Positions 21,439-31,358 of a stretch of 64,000 bases of DNA are shown piece by piece. The position numbers and the translations under genes are program-made. Numbering within the stretch: the first letter of the stretch is position 1; each line of letters opens with the position of its first letter. The notes under the pieces were generated by a model. That model was not told where the DNA came from. It was given only the letters and a program-made list of their open reading frames with translations, and ran no database searches. Origin of the DNA: an uncultured Gammaproteobacteria bacterium (GTDB lineage: Bacteria; Patescibacteriota; Microgenomatia; UBA1406; GWC2-37-13); assembly GCA_964452355.1 (NCBI GenBank), contig CAYVKV010000003.1, forward strand, positions 31,152-95,151. Direction: 5' to 3'.

Positions 21439-22314
21439 ATGATCATACCGTGTGTAGACATCGTTTCGCACCTTGATGGACTGTTGCGTCAGCAAGTCAT
21501 TCGATTGAAGGAACAAAATATTTCTCCAAAACTGGTGACCATTCTTCTTGGACAAGCCCCGGAGCAACTTTCATTTGTTAATATCAAACAACGAAAAGCC
21601 GAAATGCTCGGCATAGATTTTGAGTTTATAAACCTGAGCAATGTCCCCCCATTTAAAGAATTTTTGAGTCAGTTGCAGCATATTGTGCAGCAACCCGAAA
21701 CTACGGGAGTAATCATCCAGCACCCCCTTCCCGAGCACTACGATCTTGAGAAGATGTACAGCTTCATTCCTTCTTCCAAAGAAATTGAAGGACACATGAC
21801 CAACTCCTATTTTCAATTTCCATTGAGCCTTTCAGTACTTTCAGGACTAAAGTATATTTTTTCTAATGAACACACACCGGAAAATGCAGTAGTCAGTTTT
21901 CAAAATGATATTCCATTTTTTAAACAAGTACTCCAAGGTAAGATTATCGTCATTGTGGGAAAAGGACCAACGGGAGGAAAGCCCATCGGAAAAACGTTCA
22001 CCGAAATGGGTGTCCCATTTATTATGGTAGACTCAAAAACAGTTGATCCGGATAGTATTTTTAAAAAGGCAGACATTATCATCACCGCAACGGGTAGAGA
22101 AGTAATATCCTCCAATAATATTAAATCTGGCGTCATTTTACTCAATGTAGGGCTTCGGAAAGAAAATGGCATGCTCAAAGGTGATCTGAATGAAAAAAGT
22201 GTCGATGGTACCGCCGCTTGGTACAATGTTACGCCTCGAGGATTTGGACCATTGGATGTATCGTATTTATACAAAAATCTTCTTCAATCCGCCAGTCTCA
22301 ATCTTTCACACTAA
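21439..22314 (+). CDS. folD: Bifunctional methylenetetrahydrofolate dehydrogenase/cyclohydrolase (FolD-like)
   Basis: 291 aa. ISPKLVTILLGQAPEQLSFVNIKQRKAEMLGIDFE, VIIQHPLPEH, VIVGKGPTGGKPIG and VTPRGFGPLDVSYL follow the FolD layout. Confidence 0.8.
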   Translation: MIIPCVDIVSHLDGLLRQQVIRLKEQNISPKLVTILLGQAPEQLSFVNIKQRKAEMLGIDFEFINLSNVPPFKEFLSQLQHIVQQPETTGVIIQHPLPEHYDLEKMYSFIPSSKEIEGHMTNSYFQFPLSLSVLSGLKYIFSNEHTPENAVVSFQNDIPFFKQVLQGKIIVIVGKGPTGGKPIGKTFTEMGVPFIMVDSKTVDPDSIFKKADIIITATGREVISSNNIKSGVILLNVGLRKENGMLKGDLNEKSVDGTAAWYNVTPRGFGPLDVSYLYKNLLQSASLNLSH

Positions 22315-22317
22315 GAT

Positions 22318-23244
22318 ATGAAAACAATCTACGTAGTCACCGGTCAAACCGCATCAGGCAAAACTTCATATGCGATAAATCTTGCAAAAGAACTGAATGG
22401 AGAACTGATTAATGCAGACTCGAGACAAATATATAAACATATGGATATCGTCACCGGGAAAGATCTTCATTTGACTCAAGGAGCATTTCAATTGGTTAAT
22501 TTAATTAATGGTTTTGACATTGGGTATTATATGATTCCAATGGTACATTCAAAAATTTGGTTGTATGACATCGGAGAGCCGAACATTCATTTTTCAGCTT
22601 TTGATTATAAAATCTGTGCGCTGAATTGCATCGAAAAAATATTCAACAATCAGAAAGTGCCTATTATTGTTGGCGGAAGCTACCTATATATCAAGAATTT
22701 ACTCTTTAACACCATTGATATCCATGTTCCTCCCGATGTAGGATTGAGAGCTGAACTTTCTGAACTATCGGTTGACGATCTTCAAACAAAACTTAATAAA
22801 ATTAACTCTGCGATTTTGAACACTATGAATGAAAGCGATCGAAAGAATCCCCATCGATTGATCAGAAAAATTGAGATCTTATCAAATGCAAAATCTCAAA
22901 ATAATGATACTTCATCCATTCCTATTGCTGAGAAATATAATATTAAACTGATTGGATTTCGACATAAGGACCCTATTGCCCTTGAAAAGCTCATTGAAAA
23001 AAGAATAAACGAGAGAATTGAAAATGGTGCATTTGACGAAGTGAAAAAACTTCAACAAATGAACTTTACCGATGAAACCCCCGGATTAAATGCAATCGGA
23101 TATAAGCAAATCATCTCATATTTAAATGAAAATATTTCTTATGATGAGTTGATATCGGAATGGAAGACGAAGGAAGTACAATATGCAAAACGTCAATATA
23201 GCTTCATGAAACAAAATGAGAATATTAATTGGATAAACAAATGA
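22318..23244 (+). CDS. miaA: tRNA dimethylallyltransferase
   Basis: 308 aa. P-loop VVTGQTASGKTSYAINLAKELNGELINADSRQIYKHMDIVTGK. Ends with TGA at a normal length. Confidence 0.9.
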   Translation: MKTIYVVTGQTASGKTSYAINLAKELNGELINADSRQIYKHMDIVTGKDLHLTQGAFQLVNLINGFDIGYYMIPMVHSKIWLYDIGEPNIHFSAFDYKICALNCIEKIFNNQKVPIIVGGSYLYIKNLLFNTIDIHVPPDVGLRAELSELSVDDLQTKLNKINSAILNTMNESDRKNPHRLIRKIEILSNAKSQNNDTSSIPIAEKYNIKLIGFRHKDPIALEKLIEKRINERIENGAFDEVKKLQQMNFTDETPGLNAIGYKQIISYLNENISYDELISEWKTKEVQYAKRQYSFMKQNENINWINK

Positions 23245-23288
23245 TAATCAGTTGATATAACTATGTTTTCGTGAAATAATCATTGTAT

Positions 23289-23537
23289 ATGGCTCTTTCA
23301 TTTATCACCAAGGTAGATAAACAACCTGAAAAAAACCACACACCGATTGACACTAAAAAGCTATCTGAACCTACAAAAGTTGTAAATACCCATACTGCGG
23401 TGAGCAATAAAAAGGGTCTCTCAAAAATCCATATACCATTTGAATTTGATAAATATATCCTCATAATCATCGTCTCCGTATTGTTTTTCATATCTGGATT
23501 CGGGTTTTGGATATATGTGAATTATTTTATGTCCTAA
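23289..23537 (+). CDS. Hypothetical small membrane-anchored protein
   Basis: ATG at 23289 (the track start 23283 is TTG). Basic/polar N-terminal part and a single C-terminal TM (ILIIIVSVLFFISGFGFWIYV). Lies directly upstream of the surface-protein pair. An antisense ORF competes. Confidence 0.35.
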   Translation: MALSFITKVDKQPEKNHTPIDTKKLSEPTKVVNTHTAVSNKKGLSKIHIPFEFDKYILIIIVSVLFFISGFGFWIYVNYFMS

Positions 23538-23547
23538 ATAGAAACAC

Positions 23548-24861
23548 ATGGCTCTCGTAAAACAAATCCCAAAAAAAAATATCTTTCTCCTGATCTCGAC
23601 TTCCCTCTTTATTTTAGGGGTAATCTTTTTTTCATTAGCAATCCAAAGATACCAGGTACTTACCTCCTCACGAGCCGAAGATTTCGACCATTACTGTAGG
23701 ATTGATCCAAATGATTGTAAAGCAGGAAATGAATGTTCAAAGGATGGGAGAACCTGTGAAATTAAAACATCAACCTGTGCAAATGGGGTGTATAAAGTAA
23801 ATAAATTTATTTGCGGACCAGGAACGGTCGCGCAGAATCAATACATTTGGAAAGCTCTTGATCAAAATAGTACCGCCTCTTCGTATTGTTCTGGTACTTT
23901 TACCTGTGGACAAGCAACAGCTACCCCAACACCCGGCCAAGCAGGGACAGGCACATGGAACCAATGTGATGCAAGTGGATCAAATAAACCATGCGGGAGC
24001 TGTAGTGTTACAGATATTACAGTCGGTGCCGGTGGTGCTGCTTCAACGACCTTTGGCTGCCAGCTCCTTTGTAATCCTGGTAATTGTCCTTCTGGAACAT
24101 ACCAAATTAATGACACTTCATGGTTTTGGTGCTCTAATAAAGATGGTGCCTCATGCACCCAAGGGAATAGTGACTTGATCGCAAATGTTCATAATACATC
24201 AAGTGTCGGTTCTTTGACTATTAGCGATGCCAGTCCCAATGCTACAAACAATGGCTTCAGTTGGAGCTTTACTATTCCTAATTGGACAGGCTGTGGACGA
24301 GTTCAGACTGACGTTCAAATCAACGCACAAGGCGTGAGCGTAGCTGGTTTAACGAAGAGCTTTGGGTCTGACTGTGCAACAGCACCAACAAACACACCTC
24401 CTCCGGGAACTACGAATACTCCCACAACTCCTCCAAATAATACTAACACGCCGACAACTCCTCCGGGAACTACGAATACTCCCACAACTCCTCCAAATAA
24501 TACTAACACGCCGACAACTCCTCCTACAAATACCCCAACTCATACACCGACAGCAGTCCCACCTACAAGTACGCCAACCAAGACTCCAACAAATACTCCC
24601 ACAAGTACCCCAACAAAGACCGCGACTCCGGTACCAACAAATACTCCCGTTCCAACGAACACTCCGGTACCTACAGCAACTCCGGTACCAACAAACACAC
24701 CGATTCCTCCGACACCAACGACGGTGGTGATCGCACAAGCACCAACTGCGACTCCAACACCAGTGAAGCAACTTACGGTTGACAATCAAAAACCGGGAAT
24801 CACTCCATGGGCACTGATATTGGTACCCATTGGATTGCTGCTCCTTGGACTATTGCTATAA
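23548..24861 (+). CDS. Secreted Cys-rich protein with Thr/Pro-rich linker and conserved hydrophobic C-terminal tail
   Basis: 437 aa. Signal anchor plus IQRYQVLTSSRAED, a ~250 aa region with about 20 Cys, a PTNTP/TPTx linker, and the tail [31 protein letters not shown]. Confidence 0.8.
   Translation: MALVKQIPKKNIFLLISTSLFILGVIFFSLAIQRYQVLTSSRAEDFDHYCRIDPNDCKAGNECSKDGRTCEIKTSTCANGVYKVNKFICGPGTVAQNQYIWKALDQNSTASSYCSGTFTCGQATATPTPGQAGTGTWNQCDASGSNKPCGSCSVTDITVGAGGAASTTFGCQLLCNPGNCPSGTYQINDTSWFWCSNKDGASCTQGNSDLIANVHNTSSVGSLTISDASPNATNNGFSWSFTIPNWTGCGRVQTDVQINAQGVSVAGLTKSFGSDCATAPTNTPPPGTTNTPTTPPNNTNTPTTPPGTTNTPTTPPNNTNTPTTPPTNTPTHTPTAVPPTSTPTKTPTNTPTSTPTKTATPVPTNTPVPTNTPVPTATPVPTNTPIPPTPTTVVIAQAPTATPTPVKQLTVDNQKPGITPWALILVPIGLLLLGLLL
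24401..24520 (+). repeat. Perfect 60-nt tandem duplication inside the Thr/Pro linker
   Basis: 24401-24460 is identical to 24461-24520. It encodes PGTTNTPTTPPNNTNTPTTP twice. Confidence 0.95.
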
Positions 24862-24870
24862 TCTAAATAT

Positions 24871-26001
24871 ATGTCGAGAAAAAGCGTAATGGTCTTGTTC
24901 TCGATACTGCTGATTAGTATTGCAGTGGTCTTGATTTCATTTAGCATCCAAAAATATAGAGTTCTTACCAAGTCTCGGGCCGAAGGACAAAAAACCACTG
25001 AAATGGCTTGTAATACCACTGTCCAACTACTCTCGGATAAATGTTCATCGGGAGTTCTCAATCGAGATGTTTGCGAATTCAAAAATAACAACACAGATAC
25101 TGCACAAGGATGGACAAAATATAAAACACAGGGAGATCCAAAATATGAAAATGTGGACTACTCAAGTATGGGTGCTGGAACTATCAAAATGACTCCCAAT
25201 GGAAGCTCGACGTACTCTGCAGGAGCATATACCCAGGCTTCTGTGACACCAGAAAAAGTGTACTGTGCAAGCTGGCGATGGGGTGCACCTGGAGGACCAG
25301 GCGACCATGGTCGTACTCTCGGGATAGATCCTTATGGTGGCACAGATCCAAACTCTCCAAATGTCATCTGGGGAAACACTCATAGGGGGGCTGGTAGACA
25401 CCTTGATTATGTCCCTCCTGATGTAAATGTGGATATTAAAACAATCGCCAAAAGCACATCGATTACGGTATTTTATAAAGTGGATTACACAGGTAACTCG
25501 AATGATAGCTTGATTTATATCGATGGTATCAACCTCTATGATGAAGGAGTACCGCATTCAGCAATAGCTACGTTGACGCCAACGCCAACTCAGGATATCG
25601 GAAATCCAACACCTACTCTCACTCCTACAACGACGCCATCAACAACTCTCACTGCTACTCCTACTACATCTCCCACTGGTACTCCAATACCAACTCCTAC
25701 TCTCACCAAAACTTCGACACCTTCACCAACTCATACGCTTACCCCAACTTTGACACCAACCCTAACTCCAATACCAACTGCCATTCCAACACAAACTTCT
25801 ACACCCACACCGACAGCGACTCCAATCCCAACCAATACGCCTGTTCCAACAAGTACATTAACCCCAACCAATACGCCTGTTCCAATAAATACTCCAACAC
25901 CAATTACTCAACTTACGGTTGACAATCAAAAACCGGGAATCACTCCATGGACTCTGATATTGGTACCCATTGGATTGTTACTGCTTGGATTGCTACTATA
26001 A
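24871..26001 (+). CDS. Secreted protein (possible beta-sandwich/carbohydrate-binding-like domain) with Thr/Pro linker and the same C-terminal tail
   Basis: 376 aa. Signal anchor plus [14 protein letters not shown], a ~190 aa globular part, a TPTxTPT linker, and the tail [31 protein letters not shown]. Confidence 0.8.
   Translation: MSRKSVMVLFSILLISIAVVLISFSIQKYRVLTKSRAEGQKTTEMACNTTVQLLSDKCSSGVLNRDVCEFKNNNTDTAQGWTKYKTQGDPKYENVDYSSMGAGTIKMTPNGSSTYSAGAYTQASVTPEKVYCASWRWGAPGGPGDHGRTLGIDPYGGTDPNSPNVIWGNTHRGAGRHLDYVPPDVNVDIKTIAKSTSITVFYKVDYTGNSNDSLIYIDGINLYDEGVPHSAIATLTPTPTQDIGNPTPTLTPTTTPSTTLTATPTTSPTGTPIPTPTLTKTSTPSPTHTLTPTLTPTLTPIPTAIPTQTSTPTPTATPIPTNTPVPTSTLTPTNTPVPINTPTPITQLTVDNQKPGITPWTLILVPIGLLLLGLLL
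25909..26001 (+). repeat. Dispersed ~93-nt repeat (second copy; the first is at 24769-24861) encoding the shared C-terminal tail
   Basis: The copies are offset by exactly 1140 nt. The first 42 nt are identical (caacttacggttgacaatcaaaaaccgggaatcactccatgg); about 9 mismatches overall by eye. Confidence 0.9.
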
Positions 26002-26116
26002 GTAGTATCAATAAACAAAGCGAAAAAAATAAAATTTATTCAAAAGTGGATGTTTGAGTGTTCTCGATATGTTTGAGTTCACTTTTGGATTAATTTTCGT
26101 TTTTGAGCGTAGAATC

Positions 26117-27844
26117 TTATTTGTTGAACAACTTCGTGAAGACTTCTTTCGGCACTTCCACTTTCCCGATCATTTTCATTTTCTTTTTTCCTTCTTTTTG
26201 TTTTTCAAGAACCTTCTTTTTACGACTCACATCACCACCTCCAACGGTCTTACCACCTTTGGTCAAAACATCTTTTCGAAAGGGTGATAACCTCTCTGAT
26301 GCAATGATCTTTCCCTTGTATTGCGCTTGAATTTTTACTTCAAACTGCTGACGAGGAATCAAATCTTTCATGCTTTTTGTCAAATGTGCTGCAATTTTTT
26401 GTGCGTGCTCATGCACAACAATTTGAGAAAATTCTTCAATTTCATCTCCGTTTAAAAGAAGTAACAGGCGTGAGGCATCGACTATTTCATATCGAAGCAT
26501 CTCCCAGTCAAATGAGGCATATCCGGAAGTCACGGATTTTAACTGATCAAAAAAGTCTGAGATCATTTCGGCAAGGGGCATTTCATATTCGATGGAAACT
26601 TGATTTTTATTGTCCATATGTTTAAATGTTGCACGATGATCTTCACACAGCTGCATAACTCCTCCAAGATATTCTTGTGGCGTTATTATAAGAACTTTGA
26701 CAATAGGTTCTTTGATCTGGTCCCCTTCTATTTGATAATCAACTTGTGGAGGAGTCAAGACGAGACTTAAGTCATACTCGCGTTCGAGTCGTTCACGGAT
26801 AACATCAGCGTGGAGCAGTCCTAAAAACCCAACACGATACCCTGCACCAAGCGCCTGACTGTACATTGGTTTAAACTCAAGGGCCGAATCGGTCAGATAG
26901 ATTTTTTCAAGTGCTTTCATAAGTCGCTCGTAATCTGCTGCATCGGTGGGAAACAGTGATGCAAATACCACCGGATTAACTTTTTTATACCCCGGTACGC
27001 CAACACTTTTCCCTTGATCAATTACCGAATCACCGACTCGAACATCCCGGATATCTTTGAGATTGGTGACAATGTATCCGATCTCACCTGCTGAAATTGA
27101 GGTTTGCGCGACAAGGTCGGGAGTAAAGATGCCCACTTCTGTTGATTCAAAAATGCGATTTCCAATGGCAAGCTTCATTTTCATCCCTCGGCGTGCGTGT
27201 CCTTCAAAAATACGAACAAATGCAATCACTCCTTTGTGAGTATCAAAATATGAATCAAAAATGAGCGCTTTTAAAAGATCATCAGATTCAACAAAATCCG
27301 GAAGTGCTGGTGGAGGAGGAATTTTTTCAATAATAGCCGAAAGTACTTTTTCAACATTTTGTCCGGTTTTTGCAGAAATTTGAATAACTTCTTCTGGGTA
27401 AACTCCAAGAAAATCCGAGAGTGCATTGATCGTTTTTTCAACTTCCGCGTTTGGCATATCAATTTTATTGACTACCGGAATGATCACCAAATTTTTATCA
27501 AGTGCTTTGTAGATATTTGAGATTGTCTGAGCTTGAATTCCTTGTGTTGCGTCAACGAGAAGTACCGCACCTTCGACACATGCAAGCGTTCGATCAACTT
27601 CATAGGAAAAATCCACATGCCCCGGAGTATCGATCAAGTTTAATATATATTCTCCATAGTTCATACGTACAGGAGCTAGTTTGATTGTTATGCCACGCTC
27701 ACGAGAGATTGGATTCCGATCCAACATCTGTTCATCATGTTTATTTTTATCGATCGTTCCCGTCATCTCCAAAAGACGATCTGCAAGAGTTGACTTGCCG
27801 TGGTCTACATGAGCGATAATAGCAAAGTTTCGAATTTGTTTCAT
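26117..27844 (-). CDS. lepA: Elongation factor 4 (LepA)
   Basis: MKQIRNFAIIAHVDHGKSTLADRLL, DTPGHVDF and NKID GTPase motifs, plus a LepA-specific C-terminal domain. ATG at 27844 is preferred over 27877. Confidence 0.95.
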   Translation of the reverse strand: MKQIRNFAIIAHVDHGKSTLADRLLEMTGTIDKNKHDEQMLDRNPISRERGITIKLAPVRMNYGEYILNLIDTPGHVDFSYEVDRTLACVEGAVLLVDATQGIQAQTISNIYKALDKNLVIIPVVNKIDMPNAEVEKTINALSDFLGVYPEEVIQISAKTGQNVEKVLSAIIEKIPPPPALPDFVESDDLLKALIFDSYFDTHKGVIAFVRIFEGHARRGMKMKLAIGNRIFESTEVGIFTPDLVAQTSISAGEIGYIVTNLKDIRDVRVGDSVIDQGKSVGVPGYKKVNPVVFASLFPTDAADYERLMKALEKIYLTDSALEFKPMYSQALGAGYRVGFLGLLHADVIRERLEREYDLSLVLTPPQVDYQIEGDQIKEPIVKVLIITPQEYLGGVMQLCEDHRATFKHMDNKNQVSIEYEMPLAEMISDFFDQLKSVTSGYASFDWEMLRYEIVDASRLLLLLNGDEIEEFSQIVVHEHAQKIAAHLTKSMKDLIPRQQFEVKIQAQYKGKIIASERLSPFRKDVLTKGGKTVGGGDVSRKKKVLEKQKEGKKKMKMIGKVEVPKEVFTKLFNK

Positions 27845-27895
27845 AGTACATTCTTTCACAATGATGTATTGTACCAAAATACTGATTTATAAATG

Positions 27896-27904
27896 TGGTA
27901 TAAT
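27896..27904 (+). promoter_or_regulatory. Candidate extended -10 promoter (TGGTATAAT) 6 nt upstream of an ATG
   Basis: Exact TGnTATAAT at 27896-27904. It lies inside the track ORF start (27893), which argues for the ATG at 27911 as the real, leaderless start. Confidence 0.35.
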
Positions 27905-27910
27905 ATTACT

Positions 27911-28600
27911 ATGGGATATAAAGATAAATTACGTAGAGTTACGGATGAGGAAGCTAACATACGAAGAAAAAAAGCAATAGCATTTGCAACGCGTCCTGGA
28001 ATTGAAATTGGATATGATAACCATCCTAAAACTTGGAAAATGACTGGTCACGACAAACCAAATTCCTCATACCAAGAGCGGTTGCCAATATTTTCTAATA
28101 GAGATGACCAGCATGTTAATGCAATAGAACTTGTAGAACATTTAGTTTCTCAGGGGAATAACCCAACTATTCTAGATCTTGGTTGTGGCAAAGAAGCGCG
28201 AGCATTAGAGGAACTCCATCTATTGTATGGCACGTCTATTCAATTATGGGGATTAGATGTGAAGCCAATTGTTCCATCAAATCCTCGCGAAGGCATAGTT
28301 CTATTCCAGGGAAATATCGTGGAACTTTCAGAGTTAGTTCCCCCAAACAGCGTTGATGTTATAGTATCTACAGGAGCCTTATTATATCTTCATCATGAAT
28401 ACCCTAAATCAGTACTACTTGGTCAGATGAGTAGTAGACTAAAGATCGGTGGATTTGGTTTTGTCGAAGGATTAAATGTTAAGGATTATTTTATTGCCCA
28501 CCTAAATGGTATTACACCGTATTTCCCAGACTTTCTTTATGATCAATTTGGCGTTGTATCAGGCGATTCTCAGTGCTCTTCGTTCCAAAGAATACGGTAG
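27911..28600 (+). CDS. Class I SAM-dependent methyltransferase
   Basis: Motif I ILDLGCGKEARALE, post-I LWGLDV and VDVIVSTGALLYL. The start is moved to 27911 because of the -10 box. Confidence 0.65.
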   Translation: MGYKDKLRRVTDEEANIRRKKAIAFATRPGIEIGYDNHPKTWKMTGHDKPNSSYQERLPIFSNRDDQHVNAIELVEHLVSQGNNPTILDLGCGKEARALEELHLLYGTSIQLWGLDVKPIVPSNPREGIVLFQGNIVELSELVPPNSVDVIVSTGALLYLHHEYPKSVLLGQMSSRLKIGGFGFVEGLNVKDYFIAHLNGITPYFPDFLYDQFGVVSGDSQCSSFQRIR

Positions 28601-28602
28601 TT

Positions 28603-30027
28603 TTAAATAATTCTTATCGTAGTAGCACCTTTTCCCTGACCCCACAAATCACCATGAACAACAATAAATTTACTGTTCCGTTTTTGTTCAATTTTATCCT
28701 GTAGAAATCGTACTGCTTGTTTTATTGCAACCATCTCCGCATTGAGCGTACTATCAAACTCGTATAGATATGGTCGAATGCCAAAATTTATGGTAAGAGA
28801 CTCATAAACTCCTTGTGATGGAGTGAATGCATAAATGGGTACTTGAGGTCGATATCGCGAAAGGAGTCGTGCGGTATTGCCGGTTTGCGTAAATACAATA
28901 AACCCACTGATTGACTGTTTAGCAGCGACATACCGTCGATACAGATTGTAAGCTGTATCACAGATCATTGCACCAGTATCTTTTGCTGAATATTGAATAT
29001 AACTTCGGATATCATGTTCTGGCTTTGGTTCATAAAACAGTGCGGTTTTCCTCATGACATCCACCGTTTTTTCCGGATACTTTCCTGAGGCGGTCTCTCC
29101 TGAAAGCATGATTGCATCAGTATAATCGTAGATGGCGTTTGCAATATCCGAAACCTCGGCTCGAGTTGGCAACGGTTGTGCAATCATCGATTGCAGCATT
29201 TGTGTTGCGGTTATGACAAATTTTCCCGCAATAAGACATTTTCGAATCATCATTTTTTGATAAAATGGTACTTGCTCTATAGGAATTTCAACACCAAGGT
29301 CGCCACGGGCAACCATGATTCCATCGGTTGCATCAATAATTTTATCGATATTATCAAGCGATTTCTGTGTTTCAATTTTTGATACAACTAAACCGGTAAC
29401 ACCAAATTTCTTTGCCTCTTTGCGAAGTGTCTGGATGTCAGAGGGCGATCTCACAAATGAAAGCGCAATAAAATCAACCTCATGTTTTGCGGCAAGTTTC
29501 AAACCTTCAAGATCTCGATCAATAAGAGAGGAGAGGGGAATATGTGCGCCGGGTATATTGAGAGATTTATTATTGAGAAGCACTCCTTCAGTATGAGATT
29601 TAAGGAATATATCGTTTCCTTTTTTCACCACCTCAAATGAAAACATACCATCATCTGCAACAAGCACCTGTCCATGTTTTAAATGTTCAATTATTTCCGG
29701 GTGCGTGATGGAGAGTCCTTTCACTCCTTTTTGTGAGTACAATGCAGGTCCAAAGAGTATTTCTTCACCGATCTTAAGTGCAATTTTTTCAAACGGCATG
29801 GTGATTCGAATTTCAGGACCAGCAAGATCTATGAGCGTCCCAATGGGAATTCCAAGTGAACGCGCAATCGAATTGACACGTTTTATTCGATCTGCATGCC
29901 ATTCTACCGTGTTATGTTTAAAATTGAATCGGAATACGTTGACTCCTTTGTTTATGAGTGAAATTATTTTTTCTTCAGTGTCACAAGCGGGACCGATCGT
30001 TGCGATAATTTTCGTTAATTTATCCAT
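28603..30027 (-). CDS. pyk: Pyruvate kinase
   Basis: KLTKIIATIGPACDT, NVFRFNFKHN, IALSFVRSPSDI, VSKIETQKSLDNIDKI, MVARGDLGVEIP and VITATQMLQSM are signatures. Confidence 0.93.
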   Translation of the reverse strand: MDKLTKIIATIGPACDTEEKIISLINKGVNVFRFNFKHNTVEWHADRIKRVNSIARSLGIPIGTLIDLAGPEIRITMPFEKIALKIGEEILFGPALYSQKGVKGLSITHPEIIEHLKHGQVLVADDGMFSFEVVKKGNDIFLKSHTEGVLLNNKSLNIPGAHIPLSSLIDRDLEGLKLAAKHEVDFIALSFVRSPSDIQTLRKEAKKFGVTGLVVSKIETQKSLDNIDKIIDATDGIMVARGDLGVEIPIEQVPFYQKMMIRKCLIAGKFVITATQMLQSMIAQPLPTRAEVSDIANAIYDYTDAIMLSGETASGKYPEKTVDVMRKTALFYEPKPEHDIRSYIQYSAKDTGAMICDTAYNLYRRYVAAKQSISGFIVFTQTGNTARLLSRYRPQVPIYAFTPSQGVYESLTINFGIRPYLYEFDSTLNAEMVAIKQAVRFLQDKIEQKRNSKFIVVHGDLWGQGKGATTIRII

Positions 30028-30083
30028 ATGAAGCAAACATTATACTGTCCAAATGAATAATAAACAATTGCTCTCTTTGGTTT

Positions 30084-31337
30084 TTATGTTCCTTCTTGCC
30101 AGCTATTGAGGTATGTTTTCTGCTCTTGCGTCAATACGTCAATCTGAATTCCCCGACTTTTCAGTTTAAGTCGAGCAATTTCTGTATCAATTTTTGCAGG
30201 AAGCGCATACACTTTATACTCAAGTTTGCTTTTATTTTTCCAAATATACTCGGCAGCCAAAGCCTGTCCTGCAAAACTCGTATCCATGACTGAGGCAGGA
30301 TGTCCATCTGCAGCAGCAAGATTCACAAGTCGCCCCTCTCCAACAAGATAGAGAATCTTCTTTCCGGCAGAATACTCATCAACCATTGGTCTGACTCTTC
30401 GCACTTTTTGAGACATCTTTTCAAGAGACTTTATGTTGATTTCAACATCAAAATGTCCTGATTGTGCAAGAATGATACCATCTTTTGCAACCTTCAAATG
30501 CCGCTCGTCGATTACGTGTTTGTTTCCCGTGACAGATACTGCAAAATCAGCAATGCGAATTGCTTGAGACAGTGTCATCACCTGATACCCATCCATGACC
30601 GCTTCAAGCGCTTTGATTGGATCAATCTCACAAACGATAACCAATGCGCCCATACCTCGTGCCCTCATCGCAATTCCTCGACCACACCATCCATAGCCAC
30701 ATACGACAAACACACTTCCCGCTATGAGTTTATTTGTTGATCGCATAAGTGCATCAATCGTAGACTGTCCCGTCCCATATCGATTGTCAAAAAGATGTTT
30801 GGTAAGATTGTCGTTCACCGCTAACACAGGAATTTTTAACGCATTGTCTTTCTCCATTGCTTTCAGTCGAATAACACCCGTTGTTGTTTCCTCTGTTGAA
30901 CCAGTAACTTCACTTAATTGCTTCATTCGTTCTGAATGCAACATACTTACCAAATCTGCGCCATCATCCATCGTTTGATTTGGACGCACGTCAAGAACTT
31001 GATTTAAGTGTTGATAATACGTTTTATTATTCTCACCCTTGATCGCAAAAACAGGGATTTTATAATCTTTAACAAGTGACGCGGCAACCTCGTCATTGGT
31101 CGAAAGGGGATTACTCGCACACAGATACACATCGGCGCCACCTTCTTTCAAGGTAATCATAAGATTTGCTGTTTCTGAGGTAACATGAAGACAGGCTGAT
31201 AATTTTACCCCGTTAAGAGATTTATTTTTTTTAAAACGTTCTCGAATTTGCCTGAGAACTGGCATGTCTTTTTCCGCCCATTCAATGCGATTTTTCCCCG
31301 CAGCTGCAAGAGAGATATCTTTGATGTCGTATTTCAT
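30084..31337 (-). CDS. ahcY: Adenosylhomocysteinase
   Basis: 417 aa. [47 protein letters not shown] and [12 protein letters not shown] are AhcY motifs. Confidence 0.95.
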   Translation of the reverse strand: MKYDIKDISLAAAGKNRIEWAEKDMPVLRQIRERFKKNKSLNGVKLSACLHVTSETANLMITLKEGGADVYLCASNPLSTNDEVAASLVKDYKIPVFAIKGENNKTYYQHLNQVLDVRPNQTMDDGADLVSMLHSERMKQLSEVTGSTEETTTGVIRLKAMEKDNALKIPVLAVNDNLTKHLFDNRYGTGQSTIDALMRSTNKLIAGSVFVVCGYGWCGRGIAMRARGMGALVIVCEIDPIKALEAVMDGYQVMTLSQAIRIADFAVSVTGNKHVIDERHLKVAKDGIILAQSGHFDVEINIKSLEKMSQKVRRVRPMVDEYSAGKKILYLVGEGRLVNLAAADGHPASVMDTSFAGQALAAEYIWKNKSKLEYKVYALPAKIDTEIARLKLKSRGIQIDVLTQEQKTYLNSWQEGT

Positions 31338-31358
31338 ACGTTATTTCTTAAATAATAA

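Noticed and set aside
24315-24789. Several long ORFs on both strands inside the Thr/Pro linker (24349..24789 minus, 24362..24730 plus, 24540..24785 minus, 24315..24509 minus). Similar ones occur at 49877..50171, 52437..52883 and 54863..55132.
   Set aside because: They are by-products of ACN/CCN codon repeats, which stay open in other frames and give Gly/Val-rich or Arg/Cys/Trp-rich low-complexity translations. The sense frames have signal peptides, globular domains and anchors.
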